A DNA stretch of 64,000 nucleotides from Candidatus Woesearchaeota archaeon (GCA_965205335.1 OZ242164.1:224001-288000); one strand, 5' to 3'; shown: positions 27,942-38,489, counted from the first letter of the stretch. Made by a program: numbers and translations. The notes: generated from the sequence alone by a model not told the origin.

Positions 27942-29237
27942 CTAAGACTTAATCATCTTTCTTTTGGCTTTATTATAACCAAACCTTCTCCCAAGCAAAA
28001 ACGCCAAAATCACAAGCACAACAGTCAAAACCAAAAATCCAACTCCACCAAAATTAGAACTCCCTGAACTAATACCAAACTCTTCAAGTTCACCCTCGCT
28101 ATAAATTTTCAAAGGAAGTTCAACCAATTCTTCAACCTCTCTATTATAACTATCCAAATAATTAACTCGCGCCTTAATACTTACATCTTCACTATTCTTC
28201 AAATAAATCTGAACCTGAGCAGTCTGAAAATCATCAGGATTCAAATCCCCAATATAAGAGAAAGCCCCCGAAATTATCTCATAATCATCTGAACCCAAAA
28301 TCTCAACCTGAGTTCCCTTAATAGAACTTGTTCCAAAATTTGCTATTGCAAACGAAACCTTCCCCTTTCCAACTGAGTAAATATCCTGAGAATCCAAACT
28401 AAAAGATAATCTTGGAGTTGAATATATCCTAAAACTGCCTAAAAAATTCTTCACATATGAATTTCCTAAACTATCTTCATACAGAATTTCCACAGGCAAC
28501 AAATACGGTTTTGAATCTGCATCAGGACTTGCCATAACCTCAAGCATCACATCTTCCTTCTCGCCTGATTTAATAAGAGGAATATTAAAATTATTACTTC
28601 CACTCTTAACTGATAAAACTTTTCCCTCAACATCACTAAGTTTTAAATCCATAACAATATTCTCCAAATCAACATCACTTGGATTCTCTATGCTAATCTC
28701 AAGCATTGATGACTCCCCTGGCTTAATCTCACTAACAGAAAAATTATTCACCTGAATCACAGGATTTGCATCCTCAACCAAAACATCAAAACTATACTCA
28801 ACATTTCTATATCCTTCCAACTTAAACTTTAAAATATTCAATCCCAAAGGAGTTGTAGGCTCAACAAACACCTTATACTTTGCAATAGCATATGAACTTA
28901 TACTATCTCCAGTACTAAACCTCGGAATCAAACCTAAATCCTGTGAAATCTCACTTCCCTGTGCTATCTTAAAATTCTCATTTTCAACCATTGTCAAAAT
29001 CACATCAGAAATCTCATCAGGACCTGAATTTGAAACCTTAACATTAACAAAAACAAAATTCCCTGGAGATACAGGGTCAGGATTCTGATTTAACAAAATA
29101 ATATTAAGTCCACTCACACCCTGATCAGAATAAACATACGATACGCTAAACAATAATAAAAATACCACCATAAGCAATCTTAAACTTAATTTTCCCCAAG
29201 TCATCTTCGCATTATAATACCTTACTATTTCTTTCAT
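27942..29237 (-). CDS. COG1361-type S-layer-domain protein
   Basis: Signal peptide, QNPDPVSPG, YIGDLNPDDF, C-terminal TM; usual partner of archaeal MacB-type ABC systems. Confidence 0.8.
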   Translation of the reverse strand: MKEIVRYYNAKMTWGKLSLRLLMVVFLLLFSVSYVYSDQGVSGLNIILLNQNPDPVSPGNFVFVNVKVSNSGPDEISDVILTMVENENFKIAQGSEISQDLGLIPRFSTGDSISSYAIAKYKVFVEPTTPLGLNILKFKLEGYRNVEYSFDVLVEDANPVIQVNNFSVSEIKPGESSMLEISIENPSDVDLENIVMDLKLSDVEGKVLSVKSGSNNFNIPLIKSGEKEDVMLEVMASPDADSKPYLLPVEILYEDSLGNSYVKNFLGSFRIYSTPRLSFSLDSQDIYSVGKGKVSFAIANFGTSSIKGTQVEILGSDDYEIISGAFSYIGDLNPDDFQTAQVQIYLKNSEDVSIKARVNYLDSYNREVEELVELPLKIYSEGELEEFGISSGSSNFGGVGFLVLTVVLVILAFLLGRRFGYNKAKRKMIKS

Positions 29238-29922
29238 CTTTTATAACTTTTCCGTCTATTAGAGTGATAATTCTACTTGCATACCTTGACAAATTACTAT
29301 CATGTGTAACCAATATAATTGTCTTACCCAGAAAATGTAACTTTTTTAGTTCATCCATTACAATAGTTCCTGTTTTTGAGTCAAGATTTCCAGTCGGTTC
29401 ATCAGCAAGAATAATCTGAGGATCATTTGCGAGAGCTCTTGCAATAGCAACTCTTTGTTGCTGTCCTCCCGAAAGTTCTGAGGGTTTATTAATTAACTTA
29501 TCTCCCATATCCAATTTTTCAAGCAACTGCTTTGCCCTCTCAAGTCTTTGTTCTCTTGGAACTCCCTGAAAAATCATTGGAACTTCAACATTCTCAAGAG
29601 CTGATAGTGTCTTTATCAAATTAAACTTCTGAAAGATATAACCTATCTTCTTCCCCCTAATCCTTGCAAGTTCAGAATCACTTAAAGCAGAAACATCATA
29701 TCCATCCAAAATTATATTCCCTTCACTAGGGGTATCTAAGCATCCAATATGATTAACAACAGTTGTCTTTCCACAACCAGACTTTCCAACAATTGAAACA
29801 AACTCTCCATCACAAATCTTAAAACTCAAACTCTTAAGAGCATGAACTAAATTATCTCCTAAATAATAGGTTTTCCACACATTATCAAGTTCAATAACTA
29901 CATCTCTCTCTTTGACAGACAT
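29212..29922 (-). CDS. ABC transporter ATP-binding protein (MacB/LolD-like)
   Basis: GKSGCGKTT, LSGGQQQRVAIARAL, ADEPTGNLD. Confidence 0.95.
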   Translation of the reverse strand: MSVKERDVVIELDNVWKTYYLGDNLVHALKSLSFKICDGEFVSIVGKSGCGKTTVVNHIGCLDTPSEGNIILDGYDVSALSDSELARIRGKKIGYIFQKFNLIKTLSALENVEVPMIFQGVPREQRLERAKQLLEKLDMGDKLINKPSELSGGQQQRVAIARALANDPQIILADEPTGNLDSKTGTIVMDELKKLHFLGKTIILVTHDSNLSRYASRIITLIDGKVIKDERNSKVL

Positions 29923-30031
29923 TACAGGAATTAGGACTCATATACTTATAAATATGCATATTACTATTTAGTAATAACCATTTAATATTCCAATTCTTTT
30001 CTAAATATTTTTGTAAATTTTTTATCTCAAA

Positions 30032-30461
30032 TTAAATTCTTTTTTGGACTGATTGTAAATATTTTTGATTTTTAGTTCTTAAATATTTAAACATAAAATC
30101 AGTTAATAATTGGCATTCTCTTTTTATTTTTTCTTCTTGTGAATATGTGTCTTTGCTAAAATCAGGTTGAATGTTAACATTATAATCTCCCTTCAAAACC
30201 CTAATATTATCTTCCTGAGGCTTGCATAAATCTCCTTCTTTATACCGATAAAAATGTATTGTCACAAGAACAATTTTGTCTTAAATAAAACTAAATCATA
30301 AATAGGTTTTTGAATTTTTTTTGAGTAAATTTCAACATCAAAATCTGAAAAATTTTTTATGTCTCCAAAAGCAGTTGAACCTCTTATCAATATTAAATTT
30401 GTCAGAATATTTTTTTTCTGATATAATTAAAAACTTCAGTCTTAGAATTAAATTTTTTCAT
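30032..30461 (-). pseudogene. minimal nucleotidyltransferase-like gene with two single-base frameshifts
   Basis: Reconstructed MKKFNSK...LILIRGSTAFGDIKNFSDFDVEIY...VTIHFYRY (GS..SDxD motif); adding one base near 30410-30417 and one near 30280 restores 143 aa. Confidence 0.7.
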
Positions 30462-30504
30462 AATTTTTTTTATATTTATTAATTTATAAGTTTAATCTTA
30501 AAAT
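30451..30504 (-). repeat. duplicated promoter+start block, copy 1
   Basis: 54 bp, 4 mismatches to 31637-31690; contains TATA cttataaat and ATG AAA AAA TT. Confidence 0.8.
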
Positions 30505-30624
30505 GGTTCTGGTGTAAATTCGGTTGTTTTTTGAGAAATGGTGTCTATCGGTTGGTGTTGAAACTATTATTATAACTTTTTTCAATTTCAGTTCTATTAA
30601 ATATCATTTGCTGGAATTGTTTTT

Positions 30625-31647
30625 TCATTCCAAAACTACCTCTTTCTTTTCTCTCCAGGATTTTTCAAGTGAAAGTATGACTTCTAAAGTTTTTAACCCT
30701 TCTTCAATAGAAACTAAAGGACTTCTATTCTCAGATACTGCAGAAACAAAATCTTGAATTTGGAAAATGTGTCCATAACCATAATATTTCTTACCCAAAG
30801 TTTGAGAAGCAATTAAATCAGTCTCCTGATTAATTTTACTTATTTCATCTTCAGATTTTCCTCCCCATTTTAAAATTCTTCCATCATACAACTTAACTGC
30901 ACTCTTTTTTCCAATAATTTCAATAGTAGAACCAAATCCAGGATTTGTAGATGTTGAACAATCAATTACTCCACCTGCTCCAGAATTGTATTTTAAAATA
31001 CCAAAAGCACTATCTTCAACAGGTAATCCTTTATCAAACCTTAATTCTCCATATACAGTTTTGACTCCTCCATTAAACCAACAAGCAAGATCAATCATGT
31101 GGATTGCCTGAGTCATAAGAACACCTCCCCCACTTAGTTCTTTACTTCCATGCCAATCAAGAAAATACTCATCAGTTTTTTTCCACTTAACATTCACACT
31201 AGTAGAATATAATTTTCCTAATTCTCCTTTATCTATTGCTTTTTTTACCAATTTATTAGCATACTCAAATCTGTGTTGAAGAACTGTCCCAGAAATATTA
31301 CTTTTTTCCTTAACTAATTCTGATAATTCTGCACCTTCCTGAGAAGAAATAACTACAGGTTTTTCAACAAGAAAAGGAATTTGAGTACAAAGAGCCTCTT
31401 TGATCATTGGAAAATGGAGATAATGTGGAGTACAGATACTAATTGCATCTAAATCCATTGACAAGAATTCCTCATAGTCTTTCATCACTGAAACATCATA
31501 TAACTCTTTTGCTCGAGATAAATTTTCCTCATTTATATCACATATTGCTGAAAGATTAACACAATCCTTAAGTTTTTCGTCAAGTACTCTAGCATGAGTT
31601 TTTCCTGCACAACTAAAACCAACTATTCCATATCTTAATTTTTTCAT
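30625..31647 (-). CDS. Gfo/Idh/MocA family NAD(P)-dependent oxidoreductase
   Basis: GIVG, ICTPHYLH, LVEKP, QHRF, GGGVLMTQAIHMID, VED. Confidence 0.92.
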   Translation of the reverse strand: MKKLRYGIVGFSCAGKTHARVLDEKLKDCVNLSAICDINEENLSRAKELYDVSVMKDYEEFLSMDLDAISICTPHYLHFPMIKEALCTQIPFLVEKPVVISSQEGAELSELVKEKSNISGTVLQHRFEYANKLVKKAIDKGELGKLYSTSVNVKWKKTDEYFLDWHGSKELSGGGVLMTQAIHMIDLACWFNGGVKTVYGELRFDKGLPVEDSAFGILKYNSGAGGVIDCSTSTNPGFGSTIEIIGKKSAVKLYDGRILKWGGKSEDEISKINQETDLIASQTLGKKYYGYGHIFQIQDFVSAVSENRSPLVSIEEGLKTLEVILSLEKSWREKKEVVLE

Positions 31648-31690
31648 AATTTTTTTCACATTTATTAATTTATAAGTCTAATCTTAGAAT
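31637..31690 (-). repeat. duplicated promoter+start block, copy 2
   Basis: See 30451-30504. Confidence 0.8.
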
Positions 31691-32104
31691 AAGAACTAAA
31701 AATTTCCAAAAATCAGATTTATAAATATTCTTTATACAAAAATTATATGCCAACAAAGTTACTTTCACTTGAAGACAAACACTTAAACAACTCAAAGAAA
31801 CAGCATCAATTCTTGGTTTAAATAAAGTATGACTATTAAAATTACAGTTACTTTATTAATTAAGAAAGTAAAGAATAATTTCAATGGTTTTGAGGACATA
31901 TTAACAAATAACTAAAGAAGCAATTAACCAAATTATTTCAAGAGATTTAGATGTATTAGCCAAAACAAATGATCTCTTTTACTAAATTTATTGAAAAGTT
32001 ACAACAATAATTAATCACTAAAACCAATTCTTCAAAAAATCCAAATCTAAATTATATTCAATATTCCAATGAGGAGGAAGAAATTTTTAACTAGAAATCA
32101 AAAA

Positions 32105-32179
32105 CGAGCCCAACGGGATTCGAACCCGCGACCTACGGATTAAGAGTCCGTCGCTCTAACCAGACTGAGCTATAGGCTC
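32105..32179 (-). tRNA. tRNA-Lys(CTT)
   Basis: Acceptor GAGCCTA/TGGGCTC, anticodon arm ACGGA-CTCTTAA-TCCGT, T-loop TTCGAAT. Confidence 0.97.
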
Positions 32180-32267
32180 ACATAAAATTAGAAAAGAACT
32201 AATTCTAAACTTAACAATTAATAGAGATTAACAAAACTTTAAAAAGATTATCCATTAATCAATTATA

Positions 32268-33218
32268 ATGTCACTAGAATTACTATTACAAATAGTCCTT
32301 CTAATAATAGGATTCTATGCAATATTAAAATCCGCAGATGTTTTTGTTGACAAAGCCGTCTCTATAGGAAACCAACTAAAACTCTCAAAACTAACAATTG
32401 GGCTAACAATTGTTGCAATAGGAACATCCCTTCCCGAATTATTTACTACAATAGGAGCTGTCTTATTTATTCAGAACTACTCTGATTTCATCATTGGAAC
32501 AGTAATGGGCTCAAATATTACAAACATACTATTAGTATTAGGAATATTTCTAATATACACCAAAACATTTACAATACAAAAATCCGAAAAATCCAATACT
32601 ATAAGCCTAATCATACTAACACTTGCATTCTCACTATTCATATATCTTGGATTTTCAAACCAATTAACAATCCTTCTTCTCATATTCTATGGTATATACC
32701 TAATATATATGGCAAAATACCATAAAGAAGAAATTTACAAGGAAGAAAAAGTAGAGACAAGTAACGACAAAAAAGAAGATATGAAAGAATCAATACCAAT
32801 TCTAATTCTATGCATAATTGGGCTTTTCGTTGGTGCTAAAATAGTCACTTCATCAATTGAAGAAATAGGAACCCTACTAAGCATTCCTTCTGCATACTTA
32901 ACACTAACAACTGTTGCTCTTGCTACATCGCTTCCTGAAATAGCAGTAACAATACTAACAGCAAAAAAGAAACAATTCCTAATAGGAATAGGGAATATAA
33001 TGGGCTCAAACATCGCAAACATTGCACTTGTATTTGGACTATTTGGATTCTTAGGATACTACACAATAGAAACCAGCTTATACATTGAATCTCTAAAATT
33101 CCTACTAATCTCAACACTAATCTTCTCTATTCTGCTCTTTAGAAAAAAATTCTACGGCTGGGCAGGATACATTTTTTTAGCACTATACACAATATACATA
33201 ATTATGTTTTTCATATAA
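32268..33218 (+). CDS. Ca2+/Na+ antiporter (YrbG/CaCA family)
   Basis: Two alpha repeats GTSLPE...GSNITN and ATSLPE...GSNIAN. Confidence 0.93.
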   Translation: MSLELLLQIVLLIIGFYAILKSADVFVDKAVSIGNQLKLSKLTIGLTIVAIGTSLPELFTTIGAVLFIQNYSDFIIGTVMGSNITNILLVLGIFLIYTKTFTIQKSEKSNTISLIILTLAFSLFIYLGFSNQLTILLLIFYGIYLIYMAKYHKEEIYKEEKVETSNDKKEDMKESIPILILCIIGLFVGAKIVTSSIEEIGTLLSIPSAYLTLTTVALATSLPEIAVTILTAKKKQFLIGIGNIMGSNIANIALVFGLFGFLGYYTIETSLYIESLKFLLISTLIFSILLFRKKFYGWAGYIFLALYTIYIIMFFI

Positions 33219-33251
33219 AACTTTATATAATACAACCTCTTCCTAAAATAT

Positions 33252-33953
33252 ATGGTAAAAGTCAATGAAGCATTTGAAGTTAAATACAAACATTCAGAAG
33301 GACAATTTCAGATTCTTGTAGATTTTAACAAACTAAAAGAATTCAAAGAAAAACCAAATCAGATATCTGTATATGACGTATTAGCGGATACAAAAATATT
33401 TCGCGACCAGAAAAAAGGAGAATTAGCCTCTGATAACTTACTAAAACAAGTTTTTCCAGACAAATCAAACGAAGAAACCTTAAAAGAAATACTCCTAAAA
33501 GGAGAATGCCAAATTCCAACTGCATACATAAATGAACTGCGTGAAGAAAAGAAAAAACAAGCAATCAATTACATAAGTGAAAACGCTATAAACCCATCAA
33601 CAAAAACAAAATACACGCAAACAATGATTGAATCTCAGGTAAACAAAATAAAATACAATTTTAGCCCTGAGAGAGATTACATAACCCAAGCAAACGAAAT
33701 ATTAGCACACCTGAAAAAAACCATGCCAATTGCAATAACTAAAATAATCATTAAAATAAAAGTTTCAGGAATGCACTATGGAAATTTCTACGGACCATTT
33801 AGAAAATACGGAAACATAACAAAAGAATTCTTTGACGACAAAGGCAATATGCACATTCACATTGAAATCAACGAGAGCATAGCAGACGAAGTAATTAATT
33901 ACATAAAAAACAAATCAAACAATGAAGCAGAATACTTTGTTGAACAACTCTAA
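33252..33953 (+). CDS. ribosome maturation factor SBDS/Sdo1
   Basis: FQILVD, IFRDQKKGE.AS, EILLKGECQIP, NAINPSTK. Confidence 0.9.
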   Translation: MVKVNEAFEVKYKHSEGQFQILVDFNKLKEFKEKPNQISVYDVLADTKIFRDQKKGELASDNLLKQVFPDKSNEETLKEILLKGECQIPTAYINELREEKKKQAINYISENAINPSTKTKYTQTMIESQVNKIKYNFSPERDYITQANEILAHLKKTMPIAITKIIIKIKVSGMHYGNFYGPFRKYGNITKEFFDDKGNMHIHIEINESIADEVINYIKNKSNNEAEYFVEQL

Positions 33954-34032
33954 AATTATAATACTGTTTTTAGTTTAGAATCATAAGAAGTAAATTCATA
34001 TATTATTAAGGAAACATCTCCGATATAAGAAA

Positions 34033-34350
34033 TCACTTCTTAAGTTTCTTTAATTCTCTCTTAAAGATCCTCTCAAACTCCTTAAATTCCTTATCTCTAT
34101 CAAACATTCCAAAAATAAAAATTTCATTTCTATGAGGATAAAAAACTGCATAAATCAATCTGGAATACTGATTATCAATATCCATCTTAACCTCAAACAT
34201 ATGTTTATAACCACCAAGATTTTTATACCTTGTTGGATTTACTCTAACTAAATTAAGTTTATTTGAAATTCTCCTCTTTACATCTTTAGAGTAATCTCTT
34301 ACCTATTCTATAAAATACTTAGAAAGAATTAACTTAAATTGTGATACCAA
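34033..34350 (-). pseudogene. RelE/ParE-family toxin with in-frame TAG, not in the ORF track
   Basis: TTG start; (M)VSQFKLILSKYFIE*VRDYSKDVKRRISNKLNLVRVNPTRYKNLGGYKHMFEVK...SRLIYAV...IFGMFDR; TAG at 34303-34305. Confidence 0.8.
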
Positions 34351-34543
34351 CTTTCTTCAAATCTTCTTCTGTTCCCCACATCCTTGCTTCTTGCATTTCA
34401 TTAATTAATCTCAAAACTTCTAAATCCTTCTTAGTAAGTTTTAAAGTTCCAAATTTAGTAATTTTCTCAAGATTCTCAACTCTTTTATTTAATTCTTTAA
34501 GTTGCTTGAAAACCTCACTTAGAGTAACTTGATTCTGTTCCAT
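34334..34543 (-). CDS. putative antitoxin
   Basis: Small acidic-tailed ORF overlapping the start of the relE-like gene. Confidence 0.65.
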   Translation of the reverse strand: MEQNQVTLSEVFKQLKELNKRVENLEKITKFGTLKLTKKDLEVLRLINEMQEARMWGTEEDLKKVGITI

Positions 34544-34583
34544 ATCTAATATAGGAAGTTCCAATTTAAAAAATTATCTCTTC

Positions 34584-35093
34584 TTATTTCCACTTAATAG
34601 AACATCCAATTGAAGGTTTAAAAGAATCATCAATCTTCTCATCACTTAATAGTCTGTTAATAATATCTTCTGTTGAATCATCTAACATTCCATGAAAAAC
34701 TAATTTGTGCTTAGCATCAAAAAGGAATGGATCTGGAGTACATACAGCACCATACTCTTTTGCAATTTCTTGCGTCTCATCAATCAAGTAAGGAAAATCT
34801 ATTTTATTCTTCTTGGCAAATCTCTTCATATTTTCAAAACCTTCGCCTTCATAATTTGGATCATTGCTATTTATTCCGACAACATTGATTTTCCCTTTAA
34901 ATTTCTCATGCAAATTAACCATTATGTCTATCTTTTCTATCACATAAGGACAATGGTTGCACATAAATATTACAAGTAATGGTTTATCTTTAAAGACAAG
35001 TAAAGAATAATTCTTATTACTTACATCCCGAAGTGAAAAATTGGGAGCACTACCGCCTATTTCAAGTTTCTGATTTGATTTTGTTAATACCAT
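34584..35093 (-). CDS. thioredoxin-family (AhpC/TSA-like) protein
   Basis: APNFSL, FMCNHCPYV, GAVCTPDPF, SIGCSIKWK. Confidence 0.92.
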   Translation of the reverse strand: MVLTKSNQKLEIGGSAPNFSLRDVSNKNYSLLVFKDKPLLVIFMCNHCPYVIEKIDIMVNLHEKFKGKINVVGINSNDPNYEGEGFENMKRFAKKNKIDFPYLIDETQEIAKEYGAVCTPDPFLFDAKHKLVFHGMLDDSTEDIINRLLSDEKIDDSFKPSIGCSIKWK

Positions 35094-35230
35094 AAAAATA
35101 AGAAGTTATACTTATTTAAAAACCCTTAGTTTGATTATTAAGTTAAAAAGTAATACATATAAATATTTAGAATAATTACATTACATAGAAAAATGAAAGA
35201 AATAACAGAAGAAAAGAAAGAAAAATCTAA

Positions 35231-36358
35231 TCACCTAACATAAATTTCAATAATATCTTTATCTTCTACTATATGAGAAAGACCAACTCTCTGCCAGTCA
35301 AACTTAACACTCTTTCCCTTAACCTTAGCATACTTAAACCTGCCTAACATTTCCTTATGAATTTTCAGACATACCTTCTCAACAGTATCCCCATAACGTG
35401 CAACAAGAGGCTTTTGCATATCAGGTTCACTCTTTCGCTCCTTCAAATAAACCCATATGAAACCTAATTTCTCCCAAATAAAATTCTTGAACTCATCTAA
35501 ATTAATTCCTTTTTCAGCAGAAATCCCAAACACATCAAACTGAGGAAATCTCTTCCTAACCAGACTAACCTTCTTCCCTATCTCATCATCAGAAAACAAA
35601 TCAATCTTATTCAGACACACAACTGCTTTTCTATATTCCAAATTATCATAACAAGCATCAACAAAATCAGAAGGACTTAAATTCTTCTCATAAATAACAA
35701 CCTCTACATTTACTTGCTTCATATCACTTAAAACCTGCTTAATAAAATCATAAGGAATTAACTCACTTGAATTATTTAATGCAACACTAATTCCACCATA
35801 AGACATCCTCTTAATCTCAACATTTGGTCTCTGAGAATTAAAGCGAATCTTTGCCTTTTCACTCTCACAAAGAAGCATTTCAAGTTCCTCAATCGGACTT
35901 TTCGCATCAACAACTAAAACCACCAAATCACATGCTCTGACAACTGATAGAACCTTTTTCCCAAATCCCCTATTATCAGCCGCCTGATTAATAATTCCAG
36001 GAAGATCCAAAATCTGCAGATTTGTATGTTTAAAATGCAAAAGCCCCGGAACCACATCAAGTGTTGTAAACTCGTATGCCCCTATCTTTGATTCCTTATT
36101 TGTAATCTTTCCTAAAAGAGTTGATTTTCCAACAGAAGGTTTTCCCAAAAGTCCAACAGTTGCATCTCCTTCCTTTCTAACTGCAAAACCCTCACCCTTC
36201 CCACTTCCTTTTGAAAGTTTTGCTTCAAGTTCTTCCTTTAACTTAGAAATCTTAGACTTTAACAAACCAACTGCCATCTCGGTTCTCTTATTAACCTTAG
36301 TATTTCTCAACTCAGTCTCAAGTTCCTCAATCCTATCTTTAATATCCTCATGAACCAT
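35231..36358 (-). CDS. DRG/Rbg GTPase with TGS domain
   Basis: GKPSVGKST, YEFTT, DLPG, NKID, QRVGLSH..EDKD. Confidence 0.93.
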   Translation of the reverse strand: MVHEDIKDRIEELETELRNTKVNKRTEMAVGLLKSKISKLKEELEAKLSKGSGKGEGFAVRKEGDATVGLLGKPSVGKSTLLGKITNKESKIGAYEFTTLDVVPGLLHFKHTNLQILDLPGIINQAADNRGFGKKVLSVVRACDLVVLVVDAKSPIEELEMLLCESEKAKIRFNSQRPNVEIKRMSYGGISVALNNSSELIPYDFIKQVLSDMKQVNVEVVIYEKNLSPSDFVDACYDNLEYRKAVVCLNKIDLFSDDEIGKKVSLVRKRFPQFDVFGISAEKGINLDEFKNFIWEKLGFIWVYLKERKSEPDMQKPLVARYGDTVEKVCLKIHKEMLGRFKYAKVKGKSVKFDWQRVGLSHIVEDKDIIEIYVR

Positions 36359-36444
36359 TCTATAAAATATCCCTCTAACCTAATTAGAAAAAGTATATTT
36401 TATTTTTAAATTATTCCCTAATAAATCCCTTGAAGTAAAAAAAA

Positions 36445-36970
36445 TCACTCTTCCACTCGTATAATCAAAGGAGTTTTATCAACAAACATATATGAGTCAT
36501 TCAAATTAACCACTGTTGTAAAACTGCACTCCTTCAAAACCTGTTTTGTATTTACAAGAATTGGCATACTTGCACTAAATCCACTCTGAACATTAACTTC
36601 AACATCTGGATAACCCACCCAAACCTTCCCACAACCTGCCTTCACCAAATATGGCTTCCCACGGGGGGCTAGGAAACTCAACTTCTATTTTAAATTTTTT
36701 ATTTTCCTCTCCTCTATTTGCTATAAATACCTCAAAAGTATCACTTCTTCCAAGTTTTGTTTTAATGCTCGGAGCACAGACCCAATCCTCCCCATCACAC
36801 TCAAGAGAACTGATGTGTGATTTAATTTTGTCCTGCAAACCTTCACTTGTATTTTCGGCCTCTTCCGAAATTTGAGCAAATAATGCAAGACCCATTGCAA
36901 AAATAACAAGTCCTATAATTGTCATAACAACCACATTTATAGGCAACTCCATTCCCTTCTTTGATTTCAT
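36445..36970 (-). pseudogene. class III signal peptide (pilin-like) surface protein, frameshifted in a C6 run
   Basis: MKSKKG-MELPINVVV hydrophobic N-terminus; ORFs 36599-36970 and 36445-36681 join into 174 aa if the run at 36663-36668 is one base shorter. Confidence 0.75.
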
Positions 36971-37098
36971 AATTAACTTTCAAAAAATCATATTTATAAA
37001 ACTATTGCTTTACTTATGCGAAAACCCAATTCTAACCTTCAAACAATCATAAAACCAAAACCTTTAAAACAAAACAAAAAACAACTAAAATAAAGAAA

Positions 37099-37263
37099 AT
37101 GAAACAAGAAATACTCTTCAACAAAAAAACAAACAACTACACCCTAAAAAAAGAAATAGATGGAGAAAAATCCCAAAAAAGAATTCCTATGAAATACAAA
37201 GAAAAAGACAAAACATCCAAATACCGAAAAGAAGAACTAAAAAAAGAACTCCTAATATCTTAA
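37099..37263 (+). CDS. small basic hypothetical protein (54 aa)
   Basis: MKQEILFNKKTNNYTLKKEIDGEKSQKRIPMKY...; + strand codon bias, TATA-like ctttaaaa upstream. Confidence 0.45.
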   Translation: MKQEILFNKKTNNYTLKKEIDGEKSQKRIPMKYKEKDKTSKYRKEELKKELLIS

Positions 37264-37278
37264 ACACCAAAAGAACAA

Positions 37279-38379
37279 CTAATTCAAATACTTTCTTTTC
37301 TTCATTAAATGAATCAAATCCTTTGACTTAGCATCAGTTTTAATACCTAATCTATTATTTGAAACCCTGCTAACCTCAAACCCCTTACCTTTCAACTCAT
37401 CTATCAACTCATCAAACTTAATCCTCGTTGAAAAACCAAACTCCTTCTCAAGCTTATGCGTATTATAATAACCAAAAACATCAACCTCACTAACCAATTT
37501 CTCAAGCAAAACCAAAACTTCCTTACTCTCCTTAATAAGATGAGAACTATCAATCATTTTCCCAAGCAACCTCTTATCATTTAACTTCCCAGCATAAATC
37601 TTTCCAAAATACCCATCTAACTCAAACTTGCTAAAATCAAACTCTTGAGTCTTCCTGTCCCAAAAATAATACATATGATTCCTAACAATAACATACGACA
37701 AAGAACGAGACTCGCGAACTAAAAAAAATACTTTATAAAAATGCTTGGAAGAAAAACTAACAACAGGAATCAAAGCCTTATCAAACTTAGCACCCTCTCT
37801 CTGACAGAACGCAATTAAATTGCGAAGTCCTATCTCCTCATGACACAAAGTCTTAACAACACTAATTCCATACCGCCTCAAAGTTTTCTTTGGATAAGTC
37901 CCGCACAAAGCCGCAGTATCAGTTGCAGTAACCGAAAAGATTCCCTTGTGCTTTACCCTTTGAATTGCAACATCCAAAAAAGGAACTGGAGTTCCAAAAG
38001 GATCAATCTCAACAAAATCAAAATACTCAGAAGCAATCGTATTAACAGCACTATCACATCTAATATCCACCTTATCAAAAGAAACATCATTTCGCTTAAA
38101 ATTCATCTTAATATTTTTAACTGCAACCTTAGAAATATCCCCCACAACAATCTTTGAAAAACATTCCCCAATACTTTTCAAAAAACGAATCTCGCGAATA
38201 CCTGACGCCGCCATAGGATCACAGAACTTAATACACTTATCAAAATAAGACTTAATCAAAAGAAGTGAAACATCACGATTAACCTTCATATTAGAATTAT
38301 AAAAAACATCAAGCTTCTTTGAAATATCCTCTCCATAAGACTTAATTACTACTCCCTCCTCTATAACTGACTTAGACAT
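37279..38379 (-). CDS. trm1: tRNA (guanine26-N2)-dimethyltransferase
   Basis: VFYNSNMKVNRD, AASGIR, EIDPFGTP, VTATDTAALCG, EIGLRNL. Confidence 0.95.
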   Translation of the reverse strand: MSKSVIEEGVVIKSYGEDISKKLDVFYNSNMKVNRDVSLLLIKSYFDKCIKFCDPMAASGIREIRFLKSIGECFSKIVVGDISKVAVKNIKMNFKRNDVSFDKVDIRCDSAVNTIASEYFDFVEIDPFGTPVPFLDVAIQRVKHKGIFSVTATDTAALCGTYPKKTLRRYGISVVKTLCHEEIGLRNLIAFCQREGAKFDKALIPVVSFSSKHFYKVFFLVRESRSLSYVIVRNHMYYFWDRKTQEFDFSKFELDGYFGKIYAGKLNDKRLLGKMIDSSHLIKESKEVLVLLEKLVSEVDVFGYYNTHKLEKEFGFSTRIKFDELIDELKGKGFEVSRVSNNRLGIKTDAKSKDLIHLMKKRKYLN

Positions 38380-38489
38380 AAAAAAAATACTTTCATACTA
38401 TTTATAAAACTTAATCCTAAACTATTCAAAAATCCAATTCTAACATTTTGAAACATTTAGCAAACAGATTACAAAAATTACAAAAAATC

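Noticed and set aside
30505-30570. Short repeats (acacca, aaccga on the minus strand) as integrase arm sites or attC
   Set aside because: Too short, and no GTTRRRY/RYYYAAC inverted core; cannot be supported
34303-34305. Genome-wide TAG reassignment
   Set aside because: TAG ends ordinary genes (26308-26310, 63318-63320) and long genes contain no internal TAG
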